Shown here one piece after another: positions 18,176 through 26,246 of a stretch of 53,943 bases of DNA. The stretch comes from Deltaproteobacteria bacterium. Lineage in GTDB: Bacteria > Desulfobacterota > Desulfobacteria > Desulfobacterales > C00003060. The first letter of the stretch is position 1, and every line of letters begins with the position of its first letter. The translations under genes were made by a program, and so were the position numbers. Location of the stretch: positions 1 through 53,943 of the forward strand of contig JAFDFO010000005.1 in the NCBI GenBank assembly GCA_019309815.1, read 5' to 3'. The notes under the pieces are model-generated. The model searched no databases. It was not told where the DNA came from and saw only the letters and a list, made by a program, of their open reading frames with translations.

Positions 18176-19153
18176 TTGACTGATATTTCTAGGAAGACGT
18201 TGATCCATTTATACAAGTTGATGCTCAGAATCAGACGATTTGAGGAAAAAATCGTTGACGTCTACTGCGACCAGGATATGAAAACACCGGTCCATCTGTA
18301 TCTCGGCCAAGAGGCAGTGGCGGCGGGCGTATGTGCCAACTTGCGCAGGGAGGACTATGTTTTCAGTACTCATCGAAGCCATGGGCATTACATAGCCAAG
18401 GGGGGCGACATGAAAGCCCTCATGGCGGAACTGTATGGCCGAAGAACGGGGTGTTCTCGGGGGAAGGGGGGTTCAATGCATGTGGTCGATCCTGAAGTGG
18501 GCGTCTGTGGATCCACGGCCATAGTAGGGGGCAATATCCCGCTGTCCGTGGGGGCAGCCCTGGCATCCGCCATGCAAAAGAAAAGACGCGTGGCAGTCTC
18601 CTTTTTTGGAGACGGTGCGGTGGATGAAGGGGCCTTCCACGAAAGCCTTAATTTTGCTGCTCTGAAGAAACTTCCGGTCGTCTTCGTGTGTGAAAACAAT
18701 TTTTACGCGACACATTCTCATCAGTCCAAAAGGCAACCGCATGACCATATTTATAAATTAGCCAAGTACTACCTGATGCCCGGTGTTCGAGTGAACGGCA
18801 ATGATGTCGCCAAGGTCTTCAAAGCCGCCCAGGAGGCTGTTAAGAAGGCACGAACGGGGCGCGGCCCTACCTTGATGGAATGCAGGACATTTCGTTGGAA
18901 AGGGCATGTCGGGCCGGACTGTGACATTAAACTCGGCTGCAGGAAGCAAGAGGAGCTAAATAAGTGGGTGAAAAAATGTCCTGTGAGGTGTTTTGAAAGG
19001 GAACTTCTAAAGGGAGGCACTTTGAAGAAAGCACAGCTTGACAGGATTACCCGCGGGATTGATGGCGAGGTACATGACGCTTACCTGTTTGGCAAGAAAA
19101 GCCCTCATCCAGGTGTGAATGAACTCTTGGAGGATGTGTGGAAGCTCGATTAA
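18176..19153 (+). CDS. TPP-dependent 2-oxoacid dehydrogenase E1 component, alpha subunit
   Basis: LYKLMLRIRRFEEK, YLGQEAVAAG, GKGGSMH and FFGDGAVDEGAFHESLNFAA (TPP motif), TTG start. Confidence 0.85.
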   Translation: MTDISRKTLIHLYKLMLRIRRFEEKIVDVYCDQDMKTPVHLYLGQEAVAAGVCANLRREDYVFSTHRSHGHYIAKGGDMKALMAELYGRRTGCSRGKGGSMHVVDPEVGVCGSTAIVGGNIPLSVGAALASAMQKKRRVAVSFFGDGAVDEGAFHESLNFAALKKLPVVFVCENNFYATHSHQSKRQPHDHIYKLAKYYLMPGVRVNGNDVAKVFKAAQEAVKKARTGRGPTLMECRTFRWKGHVGPDCDIKLGCRKQEELNKWVKKCPVRCFERELLKGGTLKKAQLDRITRGIDGEVHDAYLFGKKSPHPGVNELLEDVWKLD

Positions 19154-19197
19154 CCCTGGCGTTGCAGAAGCCGAAGGGTTTGAGGTGGAGATAGAAT

Positions 19198-20253
19198 ATG
19201 CCGTGGACAAAGTTACAAGCCGACGCTATCCATCGTGATGACAGTCTGCCCCGTCGCAGGGGAGACAGGCCTTTGACGTACAGAGAGGCAATTAGAGAAG
19301 CTCAGGATCAAGCCATGAATATCGATCCCCGTGTGTTCATTATGGGAGAAGGGGTAGATGACCCGGGCGGGATATTTGGAACAACCCTGAATCTGGACAA
19401 AACGTATGGACATGGCAGGGTCATGGATCTGCCCTTAGCTGAAAACGGATTTACAGGGATAGCTATCGGGGCAGCCATTGCCGGCATGAAACCGATCCTG
19501 GTTCATATGAGAATGGACTTCTTGCTACTCTCTATGGACCAGATCGTGAACCACGCATCCAAGTGGCGGTATATGTTTGGCGGAAGGCAGACGGTTCCCA
19601 TAACCATCCGATCAATTATCGGCAGGGGATGGGGGTCTGCTGCTCAGCATTCTCAGAGCCTGCATGGCCTGTTCACGCACATCCCGGGGCTAAAAGTGGT
19701 CATGCCCAGCAGCGCCTACGACGTGAAAGGTCTCCTCCTGGCTAGTATTGCAGATGAAGACCCGGTGATGTTCATAGAACATCGATGGCTTTATGATCAG
19801 GCGGAGAATGTTCCGGAAAACATGTACACCATTGGAATCGGGAAGGGGAGGGTTGTTAGAAAAGGGACCGATATGACCATTCTGGCCATATCTCACATGG
19901 TTCCGGAGGCCCTAAGGGCGGCGAAGATTCTCGAAGAAGAGCATGGGATTGGTTGTGAAATCATTGATCCCAGAACTCTCCGTCCCCTGGACGAAAAGAT
20001 CATCCTGAAATCGGTGAAGAAGACGGGTAGATTACTGATTGCGGATTATGGCTGGAATACCGGTGGCGTGGCGGCACAGATTGCCTCAATCATTGCTGAG
20101 AAGGCGTTTAACGACCTGAACGCTCCAATTCGGCGGATTTGCTTGCCGGATGCACCGACGCCAGGAGCACCAGTCTTGGAAGAAGCGTTCTATCCTGGAG
20201 CGGAAGACATTATCCGCTTGGTAAGAAGAATGTTAAAAGGACAGGACCGATGA
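19198..20253 (+). CDS. TPP-dependent 2-oxoacid dehydrogenase E1 component, beta subunit (transketolase-like)
   Basis: FIMGEGVDDPGGIFGTT, RVMDLPLAENGFTGIAIGAA, QHSQSL and a C-terminal transketolase-like domain. Confidence 0.85.
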   Translation: MPWTKLQADAIHRDDSLPRRRGDRPLTYREAIREAQDQAMNIDPRVFIMGEGVDDPGGIFGTTLNLDKTYGHGRVMDLPLAENGFTGIAIGAAIAGMKPILVHMRMDFLLLSMDQIVNHASKWRYMFGGRQTVPITIRSIIGRGWGSAAQHSQSLHGLFTHIPGLKVVMPSSAYDVKGLLLASIADEDPVMFIEHRWLYDQAENVPENMYTIGIGKGRVVRKGTDMTILAISHMVPEALRAAKILEEEHGIGCEIIDPRTLRPLDEKIILKSVKKTGRLLIADYGWNTGGVAAQIASIIAEKAFNDLNAPIRRICLPDAPTPGAPVLEEAFYPGAEDIIRLVRRMLKGQDR

Positions 20254-21023
20254 GTAATGACAAAGGCCAATTTGCTTTGAGTGTTGTCATGCCTGCCCTG
20301 AACGAGGAGAACAATGTCATATCTGCTATTGAGCGGACCCTGTCCGCCTTTGATCATCTTGGAATAAACGGTGAGATAGTCGTTGTAAATGATGGGAGTA
20401 CCGACAACACTGGTAACTTGGTTGAAAAAAGGGCCGAACAGGAAGCAAGGGTTCGGATGATTGTGCACGAGACGCCTCAAGGGATCGGGGGATCTTTCTG
20501 GGACGGGGTCAATGTGGCTGGGGGTGATGTCGTGACAATGTTCCCTGGTGACGACGAAAATGAGCCAATCGAAGCGCTCAGGTATTTCCATCTTTTTGAA
20601 AACGTGGACATTGTGGTTCCTTTCATTTCCAACAAGGGAGTGCGGTCCAAAGGGCGCGAGCGGTTGTCTTCCTTGTTCACGGCCATTGTCAACATAACGT
20701 TCCGGACAAGGCTGAACTACACAAACGGTACGGTTTTGTACCGCAGGGCAATTCTTGGCGATCTTGAACTCAGGAGCAAGGGCTTCTTCTATCAGACTGA
20801 ATTGCTCATAAAAGCAATCAAGAGAGGGTATTTGTTTGCTGAAGTGCCAAACCTCCTGAGGAAAAGGAGCTCTGGCGTCTCGAAAGCGGTTTCGTTTAAG
20901 TCTTTCTATGCAGTGGTTAAAGGATACCTTCAACTCGTGATGGATGTATATTTCAAAGGGACGGGTCTCTCCGGGCAGAAGCATATTGCGACCGAGTCTG
21001 TCACGTTTCAGAGATTAAACTAG
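20250..21023 (+). CDS. GT2 glycosyltransferase (Dpm1/GtrB-like, likely polyprenyl-phosphate sugar synthase)
   Basis: LSVVMPALNEENNV ... VVVNDGSTDNT, DDE region. Start set at ATG 20250, which forms an ATGA overlap with the E1 beta stop. Confidence 0.8.
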   Translation: MSNDKGQFALSVVMPALNEENNVISAIERTLSAFDHLGINGEIVVVNDGSTDNTGNLVEKRAEQEARVRMIVHETPQGIGGSFWDGVNVAGGDVVTMFPGDDENEPIEALRYFHLFENVDIVVPFISNKGVRSKGRERLSSLFTAIVNITFRTRLNYTNGTVLYRRAILGDLELRSKGFFYQTELLIKAIKRGYLFAEVPNLLRKRSSGVSKAVSFKSFYAVVKGYLQLVMDVYFKGTGLSGQKHIATESVTFQRLN

Positions 21024-21043
21024 GTTCGAAAACAGAGGAATCA

Positions 21044-22150
21044 TTGAAGAAAGAGCCTATCTTAGACGGGCACAAGCTCGATTGGCACGGAGACAGGGTT
21101 GAGGCATGGCTCAAAGGCGAGAGAATTGCGCCAATTACCATTGACTGCTCCTTGACCCGACGATGTACGTATCGGTGCGTGTATTGCTACGGCCAGCTTC
21201 AGGCGAATGATGAAAAGCGAATGACCCGGGATGTGATTTTCAGATTTCTTGACGATGCTGCTGAAATCGGGGTCAAGGCGATAAGCTTTGTGAGTGACGG
21301 AGAAAGTACCTGCAGCCCCCATTTGTATGACGCCATACTGCGAGGGAGGGCTAACGGACTGGACATGGCTCTTGGAACGAATGGATATCTGTTGCAGGTG
21401 GAGCGGCTGGAAGAGATCCTGCCTGCCCTCACATATTTGCGGTTTAACGTGTCAGCGGGTGAACCAAAAAGATACGCGCACATTCATGGTTGTTCAGAAA
21501 AGTGTTTTCACACTGTGTTCGATACGGTCAAGAAGTGCGTGGAGATTAAAGAGGAGAGGGACCTTCAGGTCACTATCGGTCTCCAGATGGTCTTGTTGCC
21601 TGATTTTGAGGATCAAATTCTCCCCTTGGCCAAGCTGGGAAAGGAGCTCGGTGTTGATTACTTTGTAATCAAACACTGCAGCGACGACGAAAAAGGATCG
21701 CTGGGTGTGGATTACTCTCAGTATTTTGGCATGGTGGATATTCTGAAACAGGCAGAGGGCTTCTCAGACGAGGCCTACCTTGTGAAGGCAAAATGGTCCA
21801 AGCTCATGAGTGGCGGGAAGAGGAAGTACTCCCAGTGTTATGGCCCTCCGTTCATTATGCAGTTCTCAGGCTCAGGGCTTGTTGCCCCCTGTGGCATGCT
21901 TTTCAACAATAAATACAAGCGATTTCATATTGGAAACATAGCTGATACATCGTTCAAGGAGCTGTGGCAGAGCGAGCGGTACTGGGAAGTCATCAACTTC
22001 ATTGCTTCAAAGAAATTCAACGCAAAGAAGGAGTGCGGTTCCTTATGCCTGCAGCACAAAGTCAATGAGTTCTTATGGGACTTGAAGCAAGGCGATGTCG
22101 AAGTCAAGAAACCTGAGGGCGAGACACCCATCCACATTAACTTCATTTGA
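21044..22150 (+). CDS. Radical SAM enzyme with a Cys-rich C-terminal region, paralogue 2
   Basis: CTYRCVYC motif. N-terminal DGHKLDWHGDRVEAWLKGE parallels DGHKLMFHVDRLNKWLKGE of 17093..18160. Ends HINFI. Confidence 0.8.
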   Translation: MKKEPILDGHKLDWHGDRVEAWLKGERIAPITIDCSLTRRCTYRCVYCYGQLQANDEKRMTRDVIFRFLDDAAEIGVKAISFVSDGESTCSPHLYDAILRGRANGLDMALGTNGYLLQVERLEEILPALTYLRFNVSAGEPKRYAHIHGCSEKCFHTVFDTVKKCVEIKEERDLQVTIGLQMVLLPDFEDQILPLAKLGKELGVDYFVIKHCSDDEKGSLGVDYSQYFGMVDILKQAEGFSDEAYLVKAKWSKLMSGGKRKYSQCYGPPFIMQFSGSGLVAPCGMLFNNKYKRFHIGNIADTSFKELWQSERYWEVINFIASKKFNAKKECGSLCLQHKVNEFLWDLKQGDVEVKKPEGETPIHINFI

Positions 22151-22154
22151 AATT

Positions 22155-24029
22155 CTAAGACCGCTCAGCCACCCGATAAAGTCTATAGTTTCGAAAGCGT
22201 GCCTGAGGTGACAGTAATCCCATCAGCTTGAAAAGCTTTTCTCGATGCCTCTCACCTAAGATAGACGCAATACTCGACACGTAATCATGATTAATTAGAA
22301 TGTGGGTGATACCCTTCTCTCTTAAATGTGCCAAGGCCTCTCGTGCCGATGTGCTTGCCTTTATGGCATCCATAAAGGTATTGGCTTCGAATACTGGATC
22401 ATACACATAAGGGCGTTTGCAGTAGTACAGCCCATTCACGAGGAAAACAAACAGGACTTTGTCACGATCGGTTAGATGATGATTGATATACTCAATCGCC
22501 GTGTAGCTCGGCAGATGCGATCTTAGGAACTGCGCTTCTGATTGAATTCCCGATAGATATTTATAAGGCGCTATGCGCCTAAAGTGGTCAAGATAGAAGT
22601 ACGTATTGATTGCGAAAGTGAAAAGACAGAAGTACAGAATGCATGACCTGGTCCGAAGCCACGCCTGGGGGCTTTTGTAGATTAATAGGGCGAGGACAAT
22701 GGACAGAATCGGCAAAATCGGAAATAGGAGGCGTAGCTGTTGGATTAACATGCCCCACAGGATGAAATAGAGCAGAGAAAAAAAGAGCATGAACCTTATT
22801 TCGACAGATTTTGGCCGGACAGCCACTGATAGAATGGGAACCAGGAGAAATATTGGCCCGATAAAGCCGTCAAAATCAGGACGGGTACCACCGCCAACAA
22901 AACAGATATCCCACGGGAGTCTGAGATAATTCAAGATTCCGGGTCCGCTTCCAACAAAGGACAGAAACATTGCATACGTCTTGGCCATTTCCTGTGACCA
23001 TTCCCGGCCGCCAAAAAGGGGGTACAGGAAGGGATATGTCGGATTTCCGGTCAAGACCCAATTCTTGATGTACCATGGCGAAGCAACAACAGCCGCGATG
23101 AGAAAGACCCGCACGGCCCTAGCTCCCATTCGATTTCCTTTTGTGAAAAACAGAAGTGCTCCGAGGATAATGACCAACACCATAAGGATACCGGAGTATT
23201 TCGTTCCCATGGCCAGCCCACCAAAGACTCCCGCTAATGCGAGGAATCCTTTATGGTGGAACTCCCTCCAGTGCAGTAAGGCTATGATCATGATTAAAAC
23301 AAAAAAGGCAAGAGACAGATCGATGTATGCCCAACCTGACAGTTTGGCAACCAATGGCAGAGTATAATAGACAGCAGCAGCCAAGAGCCCTGTCGACACA
23401 GAGGATTTGGCTGCCGTCCACTGAAAAATGGCCACAAGTGTTAGAACACCAAAGGAAAAATGTATCAACTTTGCCAAAATCGGGCCTTGCAACAACATGC
23501 CCAGTGTAAAAAGCATCTCGGTCGTGAAAGGGAAATTGGTGTAAAAATTTCCCGAAACAAATCCTATGCCATGATTTTGAATGAATAATCTTGGACCAAC
23601 AAGGTGATAAATAAGGGCATCCTTAGATAGTGGAGGAGTTAAGGTGATACTCAGATTCAGAATGATGAATAGACATATAAAAAAAAGCCAAGCCCATCTA
23701 TCAATGCTGAAGCGCGGTCCAGTAACCTGCGCGATATCTTTGAACAACTTCTGCATGCCGCTCCTAAGATCTTGCCTCCTGTAACATAAAGCCACAAGTC
23801 CCAGTATTAAAACCGGATAAGCCGACCCTGCATACAATACTTGAAGTATCCCCAGAATAAAGATGAGGTAAGCAGTGGTTCCGTATCCTATGCCTGAAGC
23901 ATAGATAATGTACATGGGAGTGTTGTGCGGAGCGAGTTTAAGCCACGAGAGGACACAGAGGCCATAACCGAGAGCAGATAGGTATAACAGGAGGATTAAG
24001 GCAAACCAATATACAATGTCTGATGGCAT
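22155..24029 (-). CDS. Polytopic GT-C-type membrane glycosyltransferase (ArnT/PMT_2-like)
   Basis: 624 aa with at least 12 hydrophobic segments. First-loop SKDALIYH (acidic-x2-Y type motif) and a soluble C-terminal domain of about 150 aa. Confidence 0.6.
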   Translation of the reverse strand: MPSDIVYWFALILLLYLSALGYGLCVLSWLKLAPHNTPMYIIYASGIGYGTTAYLIFILGILQVLYAGSAYPVLILGLVALCYRRQDLRSGMQKLFKDIAQVTGPRFSIDRWAWLFFICLFIILNLSITLTPPLSKDALIYHLVGPRLFIQNHGIGFVSGNFYTNFPFTTEMLFTLGMLLQGPILAKLIHFSFGVLTLVAIFQWTAAKSSVSTGLLAAAVYYTLPLVAKLSGWAYIDLSLAFFVLIMIIALLHWREFHHKGFLALAGVFGGLAMGTKYSGILMVLVIILGALLFFTKGNRMGARAVRVFLIAAVVASPWYIKNWVLTGNPTYPFLYPLFGGREWSQEMAKTYAMFLSFVGSGPGILNYLRLPWDICFVGGGTRPDFDGFIGPIFLLVPILSVAVRPKSVEIRFMLFFSLLYFILWGMLIQQLRLLFPILPILSIVLALLIYKSPQAWLRTRSCILYFCLFTFAINTYFYLDHFRRIAPYKYLSGIQSEAQFLRSHLPSYTAIEYINHHLTDRDKVLFVFLVNGLYYCKRPYVYDPVFEANTFMDAIKASTSAREALAHLREKGITHILINHDYVSSIASILGERHREKLFKLMGLLSPQARFRNYRLYRVAERS

Positions 24030-24043
24030 ATGGTAGACCGGCT

Positions 24044-25927
24044 CTATGATGACATCCGTTTCATAATGACAATTCCAAAGCCCTCTCCTGAAAAAGGCTT
24101 TTTCCCTATTTGCACAATTTCGACATAATTTTCCTCAATCCATCGGAAAACATCGGCGGCATAATCTATACCGAAATATCTGTAGCCATATTCTACTGTT
24201 GAACGTTCTACCAGGAGTACAAAATCGGGAGGCTTTTCCTGAAGTGATTCCAGTATGTCCCCGTGAAATACGGAGAAAAATGTGGGAAGAAAAGCTGTAT
24301 AAGGACTCGCACTTTCTCTACGTGTAAGATAGTTGAACATGAGGCCTTCGGGAAAGACCGTAAAGGTCTCATCCGGTTCAACAACAACGTTTATTTTGTC
24401 TATTGCTTGCTGGATAATTTGTCCTATGTCCGAATATCGGAGATCAAAAGTCTTTATCACCTCGTGGTCGCTCTTAATCGGGTAATCAATAAGATTGTAT
24501 TGCCTTACAGAGTGAGAAAAGTAGGAATAGAGAGTAAACAGAATTAGAACAATAACAGGTATCATTCCAAATCGGGCATCTCCCGTAATTCGTTTCATTA
24601 GAGCAGGAAGTATGTGCAAAACAATAATTAATAGTATGAGAAAGCCCGGCAGGACAAGAAAAAAGCCGTAGTGCACAACTCTTACATTAAACAGCAGTCG
24701 TGCGAGCAAGACAAGGGAGAAGATTGAAAAGGATAGGGTAATAAGATTCTTCTTCAACTCAATATCGGTCAATCCAGTTTTCCGCAACTTAAGTATGATG
24801 TAGACCACAAAGCAAAGTACCACCATCGGAAGAGGGAAAAAATAGTCCAGGTAGGCTGAACTGCCACTAATAGTAGTATTGATGAAGGGGGTTGTAATCA
24901 AAAAAGCAAGGAGTGGCGGCGCGAATTTGTATTTGGTATTCTTGCTGAGTGCACTCAGGAAATGGTTCACTACCATTATGATCAAAGCGAATAATACATA
25001 GATGCCCAGCCAATACAGCATACGACCCGTATTGGCTAAGGGTTCATCCGCGCCCATGACACGCACTAACAAGGGGCTGAAAGAGTGCCCACGGTGAAAC
25101 ATCAAAAAATATGGGTTCAAGACGCAGAGGATGGCCTGTGGAAATGTGGACAGGCGTGCAAAGTAAGCCCCGAATAAAAGCAGTGGAAGAATCAAAAGAG
25201 AGGCAAATGTTATAGATCGGATGGCTATAATATTTGCCTGCGGTTTCTCGGTGCGCAGTATCCATGCCCACGTGACGACCATAGAAGCAAATAACCCCAC
25301 GAATATCTCTACCTTGGTTAACAATACCAACCCACCTACAAACCAACAAAGATAGGCATAAACAATCCTGCCCTTGCTCAGATAGAGCGATAGAAAAAAG
25401 AATGCGAGGAATGAGAGGGCTATCCCGTGTGTCGCTGCATGGGAATACGGTGTGACAAAATTGTCGTTAAGCACTGGGAAATAGCGGGGAAAGGCGAAGA
25501 GTATTATGAAGGAAAGTACAGAAAAGAAGGCACATGCTGAGTTGGATACGGTTTTGATTATCTTATAGATAAGGACGGCAATGATCAAAATTAGGACGAG
25601 GTTGAATCGGACAATTGTGTCTATGTGAATTCCAAAGATCTTAAAAAGCAGAGCATTCAGGTAGTAGGAAAAAGGGCCATAGAAGAATATATTGATGTCC
25701 TTGTACAGGATCTTGCCCTGACACAATGCCCAGGGGATATAAAGCTCACGGCCAAAGTCGATAATTGGATCACACCATTTCAGCCAGCTGAGCCAGGCCA
25801 TGGCGATGCCGGCTATTACCAGAACAAATATTCCAAAGCCTTCCAACTTTGTCGTTTTATCAACCGGGTTTGTAGTGTGCACTTTGGACTTCACTGAAGG
25901 GAGTGGGGTGCGAGAGCTTCCATGCAA
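24044..25927 (-). CDS. Polytopic membrane protein, probable GT-C glycosyltransferase
   Basis: 627 aa with many TM segments and a soluble C-terminal domain. 14-nt spacing to the downstream gene. Confidence 0.5.
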   Translation of the reverse strand: MHGSSRTPLPSVKSKVHTTNPVDKTTKLEGFGIFVLVIAGIAMAWLSWLKWCDPIIDFGRELYIPWALCQGKILYKDINIFFYGPFSYYLNALLFKIFGIHIDTIVRFNLVLILIIAVLIYKIIKTVSNSACAFFSVLSFIILFAFPRYFPVLNDNFVTPYSHAATHGIALSFLAFFFLSLYLSKGRIVYAYLCWFVGGLVLLTKVEIFVGLFASMVVTWAWILRTEKPQANIIAIRSITFASLLILPLLLFGAYFARLSTFPQAILCVLNPYFLMFHRGHSFSPLLVRVMGADEPLANTGRMLYWLGIYVLFALIIMVVNHFLSALSKNTKYKFAPPLLAFLITTPFINTTISGSSAYLDYFFPLPMVVLCFVVYIILKLRKTGLTDIELKKNLITLSFSIFSLVLLARLLFNVRVVHYGFFLVLPGFLILLIIVLHILPALMKRITGDARFGMIPVIVLILFTLYSYFSHSVRQYNLIDYPIKSDHEVIKTFDLRYSDIGQIIQQAIDKINVVVEPDETFTVFPEGLMFNYLTRRESASPYTAFLPTFFSVFHGDILESLQEKPPDFVLLVERSTVEYGYRYFGIDYAADVFRWIEENYVEIVQIGKKPFSGEGFGIVIMKRMSS

Positions 25928-25952
25928 TTCTTAAGTTTATTGCCTTTGTTTG

Positions 25953-26246
25953 TTATGACACGATCCGTTTGTTTGTAAAAAGACGCGTGGTGAATGCTAG
26001 TATAATGGCAAGGCCAAGCGTACCATAGAAAGCAAGCAAAGCCATTTTGAAAAGAGGGCGTAGGACGATAGCCTTGAAGTTCACATTGGCACGATAAATG
26101 GGAACCTCTTTCCCATCAACGTAAGCACGCCACCCTTCATCAAATCCGTCAGACCAGTACAAGATCCCGTGTTTGTCTGTCACAACATCTATACTGAATG
26201 CGTCATGTTCATATTCCCCCACGGAATACGAAAACTGATGATTCAT
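25953..26246 (-). CDS. C-terminal fragment of YfhO-like paralogue A (split off by a 1-nt frameshift)
   Basis: The 97-aa ORF aligns to residues about 800-900 of the 38571..41315 product (FSYSV..GILYWSDGFDEGWRA.VDGKEVPIYRANVNFKAIVLR) but lacks KGVSHIDFVFKHA. ATGA overlap with 26243..28612. Confidence 0.6.
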   Translation of the reverse strand: MNHQFSYSVGEYEHDAFSIDVVTDKHGILYWSDGFDEGWRAYVDGKEVPIYRANVNFKAIVLRPLFKMALLAFYGTLGLAIILAFTTRLFTNKRIVS

